From the IMG/VR virus record IMGVR_UViG_3300045988_099276, positions 32,001-96,000 of that record: a DNA stretch of 64,000 nt. One strand, given 5' to 3'. Source of the DNA: a virus. Made by a program: the position numbers and the translations under genes. This document shows, piece by piece, positions 8,527 through 16,418 of the stretch. Under the pieces are notes generated by a model. The model did no database searches, had not been told where the DNA came from, and saw only the letters and a list, made by a program, of their open reading frames with translations. Numbering within the stretch: the first letter of the stretch is position 1; every line of letters begins with the position of its first letter.

Positions 8527-8547
8527 GTAATTACGAAAGGAAACAAA

Positions 8548-9447
8548 ATGAAAACTATAAAGGAACAAATTATTGATTATGTAGAACAACATCCTAATTG
8601 CACTACATTTGAGTGTCAAGAATCCATTGGTTGTACGATTAATTACGTTAGAATTGTCTTTAAAAAAATTGGTTATAAAGCTCCAATAGTTCAACCAAAA
8701 AGAATTAAATACGTTGAAGGAAATGTTATAGGCGATAATAACGTATTTTTTAAACAACGTTTAGATAGTGAAAACGGAATCTTTATATGTCCTCTTTGTG
8801 GAAAAGAATTTGCTGGAAGTATTAGTGGCGTTGGTAAAGGACTTATTAAATCTTGTGGTTGTTTACATGATGCAGCTGCCAGAAATAATACATTTAAAGA
8901 TTTAACTGGACAAAAATTTGGAAAACTTACTGTTCAATATTGTCTTCCTTATAGTACTTCTGAAAATAGAGCGATTTGGCATTGTGTTTGTGAATGTGGT
9001 GGAGAAAAAGATGTGGTTGGTAAGTCTTTAAGACAAGGTCATACTATATCATGTGGATGCTCTAATTCAAAAGGAGAAGTAAAATTAAAACAGATATTAA
9101 CTTTGTTAAAAATAAAATTTGAAGAACAAAAAACTTTTGAAGATTTTATTACTGAACATAATCGTTATTATAGATTTGATTTTTATTTACCTGAATATAA
9201 TACTTGTATAGAATATGATGGCAAACAACATTATAAAGTTACTGGTTGGCAAACAGAAGAAAAATTAGCTGATACAAAATACAAAGACTCTATTAAGAAT
9301 AGTTATTGTATTGAAAATAATATAACACTTATTAGAATTCCATATACATATTATGATGATATAAATGAAGAAACTATTTCAAATTTATTGAAAGGAGTAA
9401 AAGATGGCACACTTCAACAAGTATGTACATTTGGAGAGGTCTACTAG
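8548..9447 (+). CDS. free-standing homing-endonuclease-like protein (Zn-ribbon repeats + DUF559/Vsr-like PD-(D/E)XK domain), paralog 1
   Basis: AAAGGAAAC SD then ATG. Repeats of type GxxFGxLTV...WxCxCxCG...SCGC. C-terminal RFDFYLPEYNTCIEYDGKQH...LIRIPY. Paralogous to 15627-16418 and 42742-43632. Confidence 0.7.
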   Translation: MKTIKEQIIDYVEQHPNCTTFECQESIGCTINYVRIVFKKIGYKAPIVQPKRIKYVEGNVIGDNNVFFKQRLDSENGIFICPLCGKEFAGSISGVGKGLIKSCGCLHDAAARNNTFKDLTGQKFGKLTVQYCLPYSTSENRAIWHCVCECGGEKDVVGKSLRQGHTISCGCSNSKGEVKLKQILTLLKIKFEEQKTFEDFITEHNRYYRFDFYLPEYNTCIEYDGKQHYKVTGWQTEEKLADTKYKDSIKNSYCIENNITLIRIPYTYYDDINEETISNLLKGVKDGTLQQVCTFGEVY

Positions 9448-10336
9448 GCAGGAAGTCCAAAATTTCGTTGGAAGAGACGTAATTTTACAAGTTAAATTAG
9501 ATGGTACGTCAGCTTCCATCTGGGTAGATGATAACGGAAATATCGCTTGCGGTAGCCGCACTCGTGAGATTTCTATTGAGAAGGATAATGCTGGCTTTGC
9601 TGATTATATCACCAACACTGACGATGCCGAGGTTAAGGCACTAAGGGATTGGTTGCTTGACCATCCTACCTATATCATTTATGGCGAGTGGCTTGGCGGT
9701 GTTGATGGCCGCAAGTTCACTGGTACTATCAAGACTTATCTTGAGGGCGGTTTCTTCATCTTTGATATTCTCAATACTGAGGATGGTGAGTATATTAATT
9801 ATGATGTATGGTATCCAGTAGTCAGCAAGTTCTATCATCGTTGCGTTCCTGTCATTTGCCGCATTAGCAACATGACTTGGGACGATGTGAACAAGCACGT
9901 TGACGAGTGTACTTATAATCTTCCGAAGGGAACCATCGGAGAGGGCATTGTAATCAAGGCTTATCCTTGCGTGCGCGACCCGTGGGGTAATGTTCAGATT
10001 GCCAAGATTGTCCGTGACGAGTGGCATCAGGATAAGTCTAAGAAGAAGCCTGTCTACACGGGCACTGACTCTTTGGAGAAGGAGTTTGTAGAGAAGTATG
10101 GCACCGATGCCTTTGTCGAGAAGGAGGTCAATAAGGTTCTTATCGCTCTTGATATGGATAAAATTGATTGTAAGAACGGCAAGTTCTTTGGTATGGCTAT
10201 CAATAAGGTTCTTGATGAACTTATGGAAGAGAACTTCTGGGATTTCTTCAAGAAGAAGAAAGCTGCTTCTGTCAAACTGGCCGCAATCAAGGGTCTTGCT
10301 CAGGAACGAGTGCGCGAGTATATTCTTAAAAACTAA
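9404..10336 (+). CDS. RNA ligase, Rnl2-like
   Basis: Motif I KLDGTS, then YGEWLG, GEGIVIK and KIVRDEW. AAAGGAG SD. Start overlaps the upstream endonuclease gene. Confidence 0.7.
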   Translation: MAHFNKYVHLERSTRQEVQNFVGRDVILQVKLDGTSASIWVDDNGNIACGSRTREISIEKDNAGFADYITNTDDAEVKALRDWLLDHPTYIIYGEWLGGVDGRKFTGTIKTYLEGGFFIFDILNTEDGEYINYDVWYPVVSKFYHRCVPVICRISNMTWDDVNKHVDECTYNLPKGTIGEGIVIKAYPCVRDPWGNVQIAKIVRDEWHQDKSKKKPVYTGTDSLEKEFVEKYGTDAFVEKEVNKVLIALDMDKIDCKNGKFFGMAINKVLDELMEENFWDFFKKKKAASVKLAAIKGLAQERVREYILKN

Positions 10337-10367
10337 ATAAAATTTTAAGTGGCTGTCAAAATTTTTC

Positions 10368-10396
10368 TTGACGGCTCACTTTTTATATGTTATAAT
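10368..10396 (+). promoter_or_regulatory. sigma-A-like promoter with extended -10
   Basis: TTGACG-17 nt-TGTTATAAT. Confidence 0.6.
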
Positions 10397-10420
10397 TATA
10401 CCAAAAGAAAGGATAATTTT

Positions 10421-10843
10421 ATGCGTATTATCAATATCAACTTAGAGGATGAATATCCTGAAAACTATGACAATCTATACGAAGCTAAAAAACGTGAGAT
10501 TGAAAAATATATGAACGATGAACAGGAAACTGCTAATCGTCATTATGAAAAGCATATCACCGCCGAGAACGAAGAAGAGCGAGAGTCTTATCTTGACCTA
10601 TATCGTCACGTTCAAGATGTTCTTATCGGTTCAAAAAATGCTTTTTCTATTATGCAAATCAAAGTCGAATACAATTGGAAAGATGACGGTAAGTGGCATC
10701 TAGCTACACGCGCTGATTACCAAGAGTACAATGGATTAACTGATAATTGCAATTGTGACCATGCGACAAAAGTAGAACCGTATAGTCAGTGGCCAACTCC
10801 AAAAGGTGGCCGCAAGATTCAAGATACAGACCAACTTCTCTAG
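10421..10843 (+). CDS. hypothetical protein
   Basis: ATG after AAAGGA SD (MRIININLEDEY...). The ORF-track start at 10349 lies inside the promoter. Confidence 0.55.
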   Translation: MRIININLEDEYPENYDNLYEAKKREIEKYMNDEQETANRHYEKHITAENEEERESYLDLYRHVQDVLIGSKNAFSIMQIKVEYNWKDDGKWHLATRADYQEYNGLTDNCNCDHATKVEPYSQWPTPKGGRKIQDTDQLL

Positions 10844-10852
10844 GGAGATTTA

Positions 10853-11065
10853 ATGACACTCGAAGATGCAATCATTCAAGGCCGACCTGAGTACAAGACT
10901 TTTGATTTGTTCGGTTTGGTAAATCAAGGTGGATATACGCATTTTGTATGGCTTGGAAATGTTGACCAAGTATATGATTACTATCAAGACCAAGAGATAG
11001 AAGCAATTAACAATTTCACTAAAGAAATTCGTTTAAAACATATCATAGAAGAATTGGAGTATTAA
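10853..11065 (+). CDS. hypothetical protein
   Basis: 70-aa ORF with GGGAG SD. Confidence 0.5.
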   Translation: MTLEDAIIQGRPEYKTFDLFGLVNQGGYTHFVWLGNVDQVYDYYQDQEIEAINNFTKEIRLKHIIEELEY

Positions 11066-11068
11066 ATT

Positions 11069-11272
11069 ATGTGGATGATTTACGGAAAGCGCACTAAAGA
11101 ACCTTACGTTGATAAGCAGTTCCGTATGCTTACAGCAAAAGGTATGCGCACAACTGATTCAAGCAAGGCAATGATGTTTGTCGAGAAGAAGGATGCCGAA
11201 GCATTCCTTGAGAAAGTCAAATCTGGCAAGACTTATTATGACCCTATTTTTGAAATCCGCAAGGCTCGCTAA
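11069..11272 (+). CDS. hypothetical protein
   Basis: 67-aa ORF with GGAG SD. Confidence 0.5.
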   Translation: MWMIYGKRTKEPYVDKQFRMLTAKGMRTTDSSKAMMFVEKKDAEAFLEKVKSGKTYYDPIFEIRKAR

Positions 11273-11514
11273 TGTATACATATATTGGTGAAGACTGGGT
11301 ATATAAAAATCTTGTGCCGCCAATGAATGTTGAATTGAAACATGGACAGCAATATGATATTCATATTGAATCTGATTCACAGATGATATATGTAAACGGA
11401 GTTCCTATAGTCACAGAGTCAGTAGAAGTAAGAGTAGTTCTGCCACCAGATTATCAAGCATGGATTCCATACAATCCAGCTAGATTTGTAAAAGACTGGC
11501 AACCAAGTGGATGA
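11272..11514 (+). CDS. hypothetical protein
   Basis: 80-aa ORF; start overlaps the previous stop (TAATG). Confidence 0.5.
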   Translation: MYTYIGEDWVYKNLVPPMNVELKHGQQYDIHIESDSQMIYVNGVPIVTESVEVRVVLPPDYQAWIPYNPARFVKDWQPSG

Positions 11515-11839
11515 TTATACAATCGTTAGCCTATATTGCCATGAGTGCGATAATGATTCATGCCCATTGTGCCGCATAGGTGAATACGTTCCAGAAGAAT
11601 CTAGGCAAGGATGCACTAGAAAATTAGACGATGATACGTATGCAGAATATGAGCATATAAACAATGAGATTCTGCCCTTTCTTTCTCTTGGTATGTATAA
11701 AAATGAGATTGAAAAGGTAGATGAATTTTTAAAATATGTCTATAAAAGATGTCCTATCGGTACAGTTTTAGATGAAAAAGGCAAGGCCATCGGCACTAAA
11801 AAGAAAATAATTGACAAATGCAACTCTGAAATGATATAA
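11507..11839 (+). CDS. hypothetical Cys-rich protein
   Basis: 110 aa with CHECDNDSCPLC near the N-terminus. Confidence 0.5.
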   Translation: MDDYTIVSLYCHECDNDSCPLCRIGEYVPEESRQGCTRKLDDDTYAEYEHINNEILPFLSLGMYKNEIEKVDEFLKYVYKRCPIGTVLDEKGKAIGTKKKIIDKCNSEMI

Positions 11840-11866
11840 TATAGTGGAACAAAGAAAGGAAACTAT

Positions 11867-12652
11867 ATGAATAAATCAGAGATGCTTAATTTTCTTGACA
11901 ATAGGTTTCGCAATTGTAATCCTGAGTTTTTGAAACTATCTCAGGTATATTTTGAAAATGAAGATGGTTACACATTTCGCACTTTTATCAAACAGATTGG
12001 TAAGACTATTGGTGCAGACTGGGTTGAAGGTGGCTGCTCTAAATCTGTATTTCATTTTAAGGAATTTAAAGACTATGTGTTCAAAATTCCTTATATTGGT
12101 GCTGCATTTATAGAAGATGAAGATTTGGTACATTATGAGATTTGTGCAGCAGAGAATAGAATCCCAATGTATTTTTGTTTCGATGATGTTACTCTATATA
12201 AAAATGCGAATAATAATGGCTTCTATCCAGTGGATGCAAACGATTATTGTGCGGCAGAAGAGTACATCTATCGAGTTGCCCGCAAGTATAAAGTTAATAA
12301 AATGCTTGCCAAGACTACATTCCTTGGTTTCGTATGCGGTATTCCGGTGTATGTCTCTTCTTGTGCAGGAACGACTTATAGTCCCAAAAAAATAGATAAT
12401 GAAACTAGTAAGATTGCAAATGCAATGATTGACAAAAGTCGCAAAGAGCACAAAGATAGCTATAGTGAATTTTGTACTACAGAGTGTGGCGTTTTCATTG
12501 AAACGTATGGTCGCAGGGCAACTCAACGTTTCATTGATTTTTTTTATAAAGAAAAGATTTCAGACTTGCATACTGGCAACTATGGTTATGATGCTTTTGG
12601 CAATTTGAAAATCATTGACTATTCTGGTTTTCATGACCTAGATGTTTTCTAA
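11867..12652 (+). CDS. hypothetical protein, possibly protein-kinase-like fold
   Basis: C-terminal ISDLHTGNYGYDAFGNLKIIDYSGF resembles a kinase catalytic loop (DxHxxN) plus a DFG-like IDYSG. Motif-level inference only. Confidence 0.5.
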   Translation: MNKSEMLNFLDNRFRNCNPEFLKLSQVYFENEDGYTFRTFIKQIGKTIGADWVEGGCSKSVFHFKEFKDYVFKIPYIGAAFIEDEDLVHYEICAAENRIPMYFCFDDVTLYKNANNNGFYPVDANDYCAAEEYIYRVARKYKVNKMLAKTTFLGFVCGIPVYVSSCAGTTYSPKKIDNETSKIANAMIDKSRKEHKDSYSEFCTTECGVFIETYGRRATQRFIDFFYKEKISDLHTGNYGYDAFGNLKIIDYSGFHDLDVF

Positions 12653-12661
12653 AAATTTTAC

Positions 12662-12691
12662 TTGACAAGTCATATAAACAGATGTTATAAT
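12662..12691 (+). promoter_or_regulatory. sigma-A-like promoter with extended -10
   Basis: TTGACA-18 nt-TGTTATAAT. Confidence 0.6.
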
Positions 12692-12728
12692 ATAGGAAAG
12701 TTTTCCTTCCAAGAGAAAGTGATAAAAT

Positions 12729-14153
12729 ATGTCTAAGTTTAATGAAAAGGTTAAGCCCGAGCGTTCTATGTCCTATGAGGGTGGTAAGAATTACAAGAAG
12801 GATGTTCTTGAGGATTGGATGAACTTCCTATTCTCTAGCAAGATGGACGATGGTTTCTACGAGAATGCCGCAACGCAGCAAACTCGTTTCATCGAGCTTA
12901 CCAATCTTGTAATTGATAAGTATGGCGCTGAGTTTGCTGGTAAGTGTGCTATGTTCACGCGAAATGCTCTAGGGCAGCGTAGCACTGCTCAGCTTGTTGC
13001 GGCTATGCTGAATGGTCAGAGCTTTGAACGCAAGCGTGATTTCTACAAGGCTTTTTGTCATCGTCCTGATGATATGTCTGAGATTTTCGCTGCTGTTGAC
13101 ATGCTTGGTGGAAAGCGTTCTCATGCTATGATTCGTGGTTTTGCAGATTATATGTCTTGTCTTTCTGAGTACAATCTTATGAAGTATCAGATGAAGGGCA
13201 AGCGTTATAACATGTATGACCTTATCAATATCATTCACCCCAAGAGTGAGATTGTTGATGATTACATGAATGGTAAGCTAGAAGCTGCTGATACTTGGGA
13301 AGTCAATATCTCCACTGGCAAGGACAGTTGGAAGAATATGGTCGAAGGTAATCGTCTCGGTTATCTCGCTCTTATCCGCAATCTCAACAACATTCTCGCA
13401 GAGAATGTTGATGATGAATGGATTAAGCGTAATCTTGTAGACCAACTTATTAACGAGGTTTCTATCAAGAAGTCTCTTGTATTCCCTTATCAGATTTATA
13501 CCGCTTATCGCAATCTTAATGTTCAGAACTTTGCGGTCATCACAGCACTTGATACTGCTTTCCGTATTGCTTGCGGCAACATGCCCAAGCTGGAAGGTAA
13601 CTCCGTTATCATGCTTGATGTTTCCGGTTCGATGGAAGACCGCTATGGTAACAAGTCAAATCTTACCATCAAGGAAGTAGGAGCTTGCTACGCTGCGGCT
13701 CTTTACATTAACGGTAATTGCGACTTTGTAAAGTTCGGCAATCGTGCTAAATCTGCAACTTTCAAGAAGGCTTGCGGTCCGTTCCAAGTCATTCGTGAAA
13801 TGTGTGAGAATGATAATTGTGGTTATGGAACTGATATTGCTCCTGCTTTCGGTCTTATCAGTGACAAGAAGTACGACCGCATCTTCGTTGTCTCTGATAT
13901 GCAGGTTATGGAGCGTGTTTCATGGTGGGGAAGTGCTAACGATATGAGCAGCTATAATAGCTACTGTGCCAACAATGGCCGCACGATTCTTTATAGTTTT
14001 GACCTTGGAAACTATTCTAGCCAGATTGCCAATCCTAACAATCCTGATGTTCACTTCATGACAGCTCTGAACGATAACGTCTTCAAGATGCTTGAATACG
14101 TAGAGAATGGCGGCAAGTTATACGACTACATCAATGATAACTACCACTTCTAA
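12729..14153 (+). CDS. Ro60/Rsr-like TROVE-domain protein with vWA domain
   Basis: N-terminal SYEGGKNYKKD...W.NFLF is TROVE-like. C-terminal vWA domain with MIDAS motif VIMLDVSGSM. 474 aa. Confidence 0.8.
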   Translation: MSKFNEKVKPERSMSYEGGKNYKKDVLEDWMNFLFSSKMDDGFYENAATQQTRFIELTNLVIDKYGAEFAGKCAMFTRNALGQRSTAQLVAAMLNGQSFERKRDFYKAFCHRPDDMSEIFAAVDMLGGKRSHAMIRGFADYMSCLSEYNLMKYQMKGKRYNMYDLINIIHPKSEIVDDYMNGKLEAADTWEVNISTGKDSWKNMVEGNRLGYLALIRNLNNILAENVDDEWIKRNLVDQLINEVSIKKSLVFPYQIYTAYRNLNVQNFAVITALDTAFRIACGNMPKLEGNSVIMLDVSGSMEDRYGNKSNLTIKEVGACYAAALYINGNCDFVKFGNRAKSATFKKACGPFQVIREMCENDNCGYGTDIAPAFGLISDKKYDRIFVVSDMQVMERVSWWGSANDMSSYNSYCANNGRTILYSFDLGNYSSQIANPNNPDVHFMTALNDNVFKMLEYVENGGKLYDYINDNYHF

Positions 14154-14171
14154 TTTTCTTTCTTTTGGTAA

Positions 14172-14198
14172 AGGCACCCTCGTGGGTGCCTTTTTTTG
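14172..14198 (+). terminator. Rho-independent terminator
   Basis: GGCACCC-TCGT-GGGTGCC followed by T7. Confidence 0.8.
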
Positions 14199-14200
14199 TA

Positions 14201-14229
14201 TTGACACTGGTAAATAAATCTGTTATAAT
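14201..14229 (+). promoter_or_regulatory. sigma-A-like promoter with extended -10
   Basis: TTGACA-17 nt-TGTTATAAT. Confidence 0.6.
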
Positions 14230-14254
14230 ACATATATAGAGAAAGGAAATAGAA

Positions 14255-15106
14255 ATGGCAGAAAATGTAAATAAGATTCAGAATAGGGTTGAAGAGCATC
14301 TTGGCGCTATCATTGATACAGGCAAGTATTCACAGTATCCATATCTTGTATGTGCCGCCAATGGTTCCATGAATTATAATCTATGGGACGAAGCATCTGA
14401 TGTTGATACCAAGTTGCTTATGATTCCAACAGCATATGATTTGTTCTTGGATAAGAAGCATCTTAATAAAGTTGAGATTATGGATAATGGTGAACATTGT
14501 ACAGTTAAAGATTTTCGAGATTATTTTAAGATTCTTCATAAGGCAAATATTAACTTCTTGGAGATTCTTTGCACTGAATATTATGTTGTTAATCCTCAGT
14601 ATAAGATTTACTGGGAATATCTCCGCAAACATTGTGATGATATCGCTAACCTTAATCCTCAGAAGCTAATCTTTTCTTCTCTTGGAATGGCTATGGAAAA
14701 GGCAAAGAAGATTTGCCATGATTCTCCTGCCAACCATGAGCTGATTGAAAAGTACGGATATGTGGCGAAGGAATTACAGCATATTATGCGACTGTATCTA
14801 TTTGTCAAGCGTTATCTTATTGATGGAGCGCCATTTTCTCAGGCTATATGGATTGATGGATATGATTCTTTTGGTAAAGAGAATCTATATCGTGATGAAA
14901 TGATGGCTATTAAACGTTATGGTATTATCTATTCGTCAGAAGATGCAAAGGCAAAGGCAGAACACTATGTAATGAAAATGGACGAGCTTATTGAGAATAA
15001 TTCTAAGTTTATTCCTGACCCGTCTAAAGATGCGGTAGATGCGCTTGAATCAACTCAGTTTGGTATCATGAATGCTTATATGTCCGCAGCCTATAATAAA
15101 CGATAA
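14255..15106 (+). CDS. Pol-beta-superfamily nucleotidyltransferase (possibly RlaP-type, RNA-repair associated)
   Basis: NGSMNYNLWDEASDVDTK fits the NTase signature GS-x(9-13)-DxD. Located next to the TROVE gene. Confidence 0.6.
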   Translation: MAENVNKIQNRVEEHLGAIIDTGKYSQYPYLVCAANGSMNYNLWDEASDVDTKLLMIPTAYDLFLDKKHLNKVEIMDNGEHCTVKDFRDYFKILHKANINFLEILCTEYYVVNPQYKIYWEYLRKHCDDIANLNPQKLIFSSLGMAMEKAKKICHDSPANHELIEKYGYVAKELQHIMRLYLFVKRYLIDGAPFSQAIWIDGYDSFGKENLYRDEMMAIKRYGIIYSSEDAKAKAEHYVMKMDELIENNSKFIPDPSKDAVDALESTQFGIMNAYMSAAYNKR

Positions 15107-15117
15107 GGAGAAAATAA

Positions 15118-15528
15118 ATGGCGCATTGTCAGCTTACAGATTGCTATTGGAATGAGGAAACTAAGGTAGCATCGGTTACTATTACTTCACAGTGGGGTAA
15201 GTTTACTGAATATGCTAAGCCGCATGATGAAGATATGGACGTTGCTAATAAGTGGATTGGTTGGAGCATTGCCGAATACAAATGCCGCATGAAGTTACAG
15301 CAGAAGCGTGCTGCGGCTATGCGTGAACGCTATTATGGTATTGTGGCTTATGAGGACCATCTTTGGTATTCATTCAAGTACAATGACGCGCTGCGTTATG
15401 CTAAAAAGGATTGGTATGATGCTCGTGACAAGTATCATGCTTTAAAGAATAATTTCCATGCATTCTGCAAAGACCAAGTGGAAAGCCGTAGGAAGTTCCT
15501 AGAAGATTTAGAAAAAAAGGGATTGTAG
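15118..15528 (+). CDS. hypothetical protein
   Basis: 136-aa ORF with AAGGAG SD. Confidence 0.55.
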   Translation: MAHCQLTDCYWNEETKVASVTITSQWGKFTEYAKPHDEDMDVANKWIGWSIAEYKCRMKLQQKRAAAMRERYYGIVAYEDHLWYSFKYNDALRYAKKDWYDARDKYHALKNNFHAFCKDQVESRRKFLEDLEKKGL

Positions 15529-15573
15529 TTTATAATGGGTGTCGATTGCTATAATCGGCATCCATTTTTTTTG

Positions 15574-15602
15574 TTGACAATTGAAAATGAAAATGATATA
15601 AT
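15574..15602 (+). promoter_or_regulatory. sigma-A-like promoter with extended -10
   Basis: TTGACA-17 nt-TGATATAAT. Confidence 0.6.
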
Positions 15603-15626
15603 ATCTATAAATAGAAAGGAGGACTC

Positions 15627-16418
15627 TTGAGTAAAATTAAAACTGCAAAAGGTTCTTATATAGAAGATATTACTGGTCAAACTTTTAATAGGTTAACAGT
15701 TCTTGAATTAACAGATAAAAAAAATAATGACAATCGTTGGCTTTTGAAGTGTCAATGTTCTTGTGGTAATATTGTTTACGTTTCAATGCATCAGCTAAGA
15801 GCGAAAAAATATGGAACAAAATCTTGTGGTTGTTTGCAGCGAGAATGGGCAGTAAAGAAAAATAAAATGGGAACTATTGACTTGACTGGTCAACGTTATG
15901 GTATGCTAACAGTAATTAGAGATTTAGGAACAATAAATAAAATTCATTACTGGGAATGTAAATGTGATTGTGGTAATATAACAAGAGTTTCTGTAAATGA
16001 TTTGAGACGTGATTTATATGGAGATAAAACACGACACGGTACATATAGTTGTGGATGCTTATCTAAATCTGTTGGTGAGAAAAAAGTAAAAACACAATTA
16101 GAATTATTACAAATAAAATTTAAAAGAGAAAAGACATTTAAAGATTGTATAAATCCAAAAACAGGGCGTAAATTGCGTTTTGATTTTTATTTACCAGATT
16201 ATAATTGCTGTATAGAGTACGATGGATTTACTCATTTCGTTGCAAGTGGCGGATGGAATACAGAAGAAAATTTAGCTGGAATTCAATATCGAGATAATAT
16301 AAAAAATACATTTTGTAAAGATAATAATATTAGATTGGTTAGAATTCCTTATACAGATTTTAATGAAATTGATACAGATTATATTTTGAGTAGGATTGGA
16401 GATAAGATTGAGCAATAA
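15627..16418 (+). CDS. free-standing homing-endonuclease-like protein (Zn-ribbon repeats + DUF559/Vsr-like domain), paralog 2
   Basis: AAGGAGG SD then TTG. ITGQTFNRLTV...CQCSCG...SCGC occurs twice. C-terminal RFDFYLPDYNCCIEYDGFTH...LVRIPY. Confidence 0.7.
   Translation: MSKIKTAKGSYIEDITGQTFNRLTVLELTDKKNNDNRWLLKCQCSCGNIVYVSMHQLRAKKYGTKSCGCLQREWAVKKNKMGTIDLTGQRYGMLTVIRDLGTINKIHYWECKCDCGNITRVSVNDLRRDLYGDKTRHGTYSCGCLSKSVGEKKVKTQLELLQIKFKREKTFKDCINPKTGRKLRFDFYLPDYNCCIEYDGFTHFVASGGWNTEENLAGIQYRDNIKNTFCKDNNIRLVRIPYTDFNEIDTDYILSRIGDKIEQ

Larger units (their letters stand above)
8086..8547. other. AT-rich divergent non-coding control region (candidate origin or regulatory hub)
   Basis: About 460 bp without a credible ORF. 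Contains divergent promoters, the palindrome TTAAGGGG-TTTA-CCCCTTAA (8224-8243), ATTAGTTTATA direct repeats (8264-8306), and two hairpins sharing a GCTACGC core (8384-8398 and 8443-8463). Confidence 0.6.

Noticed and set aside
8407-8757. 116-aa minus-strand ORF (Phe/Leu/Asn-rich) spanning the AT-rich intergenic region and the start of the first endonuclease gene
   Set aside because: Low-complexity translation of AT-rich DNA. It runs antisense to a well-supported gene and across promoter elements, and it has no SD.
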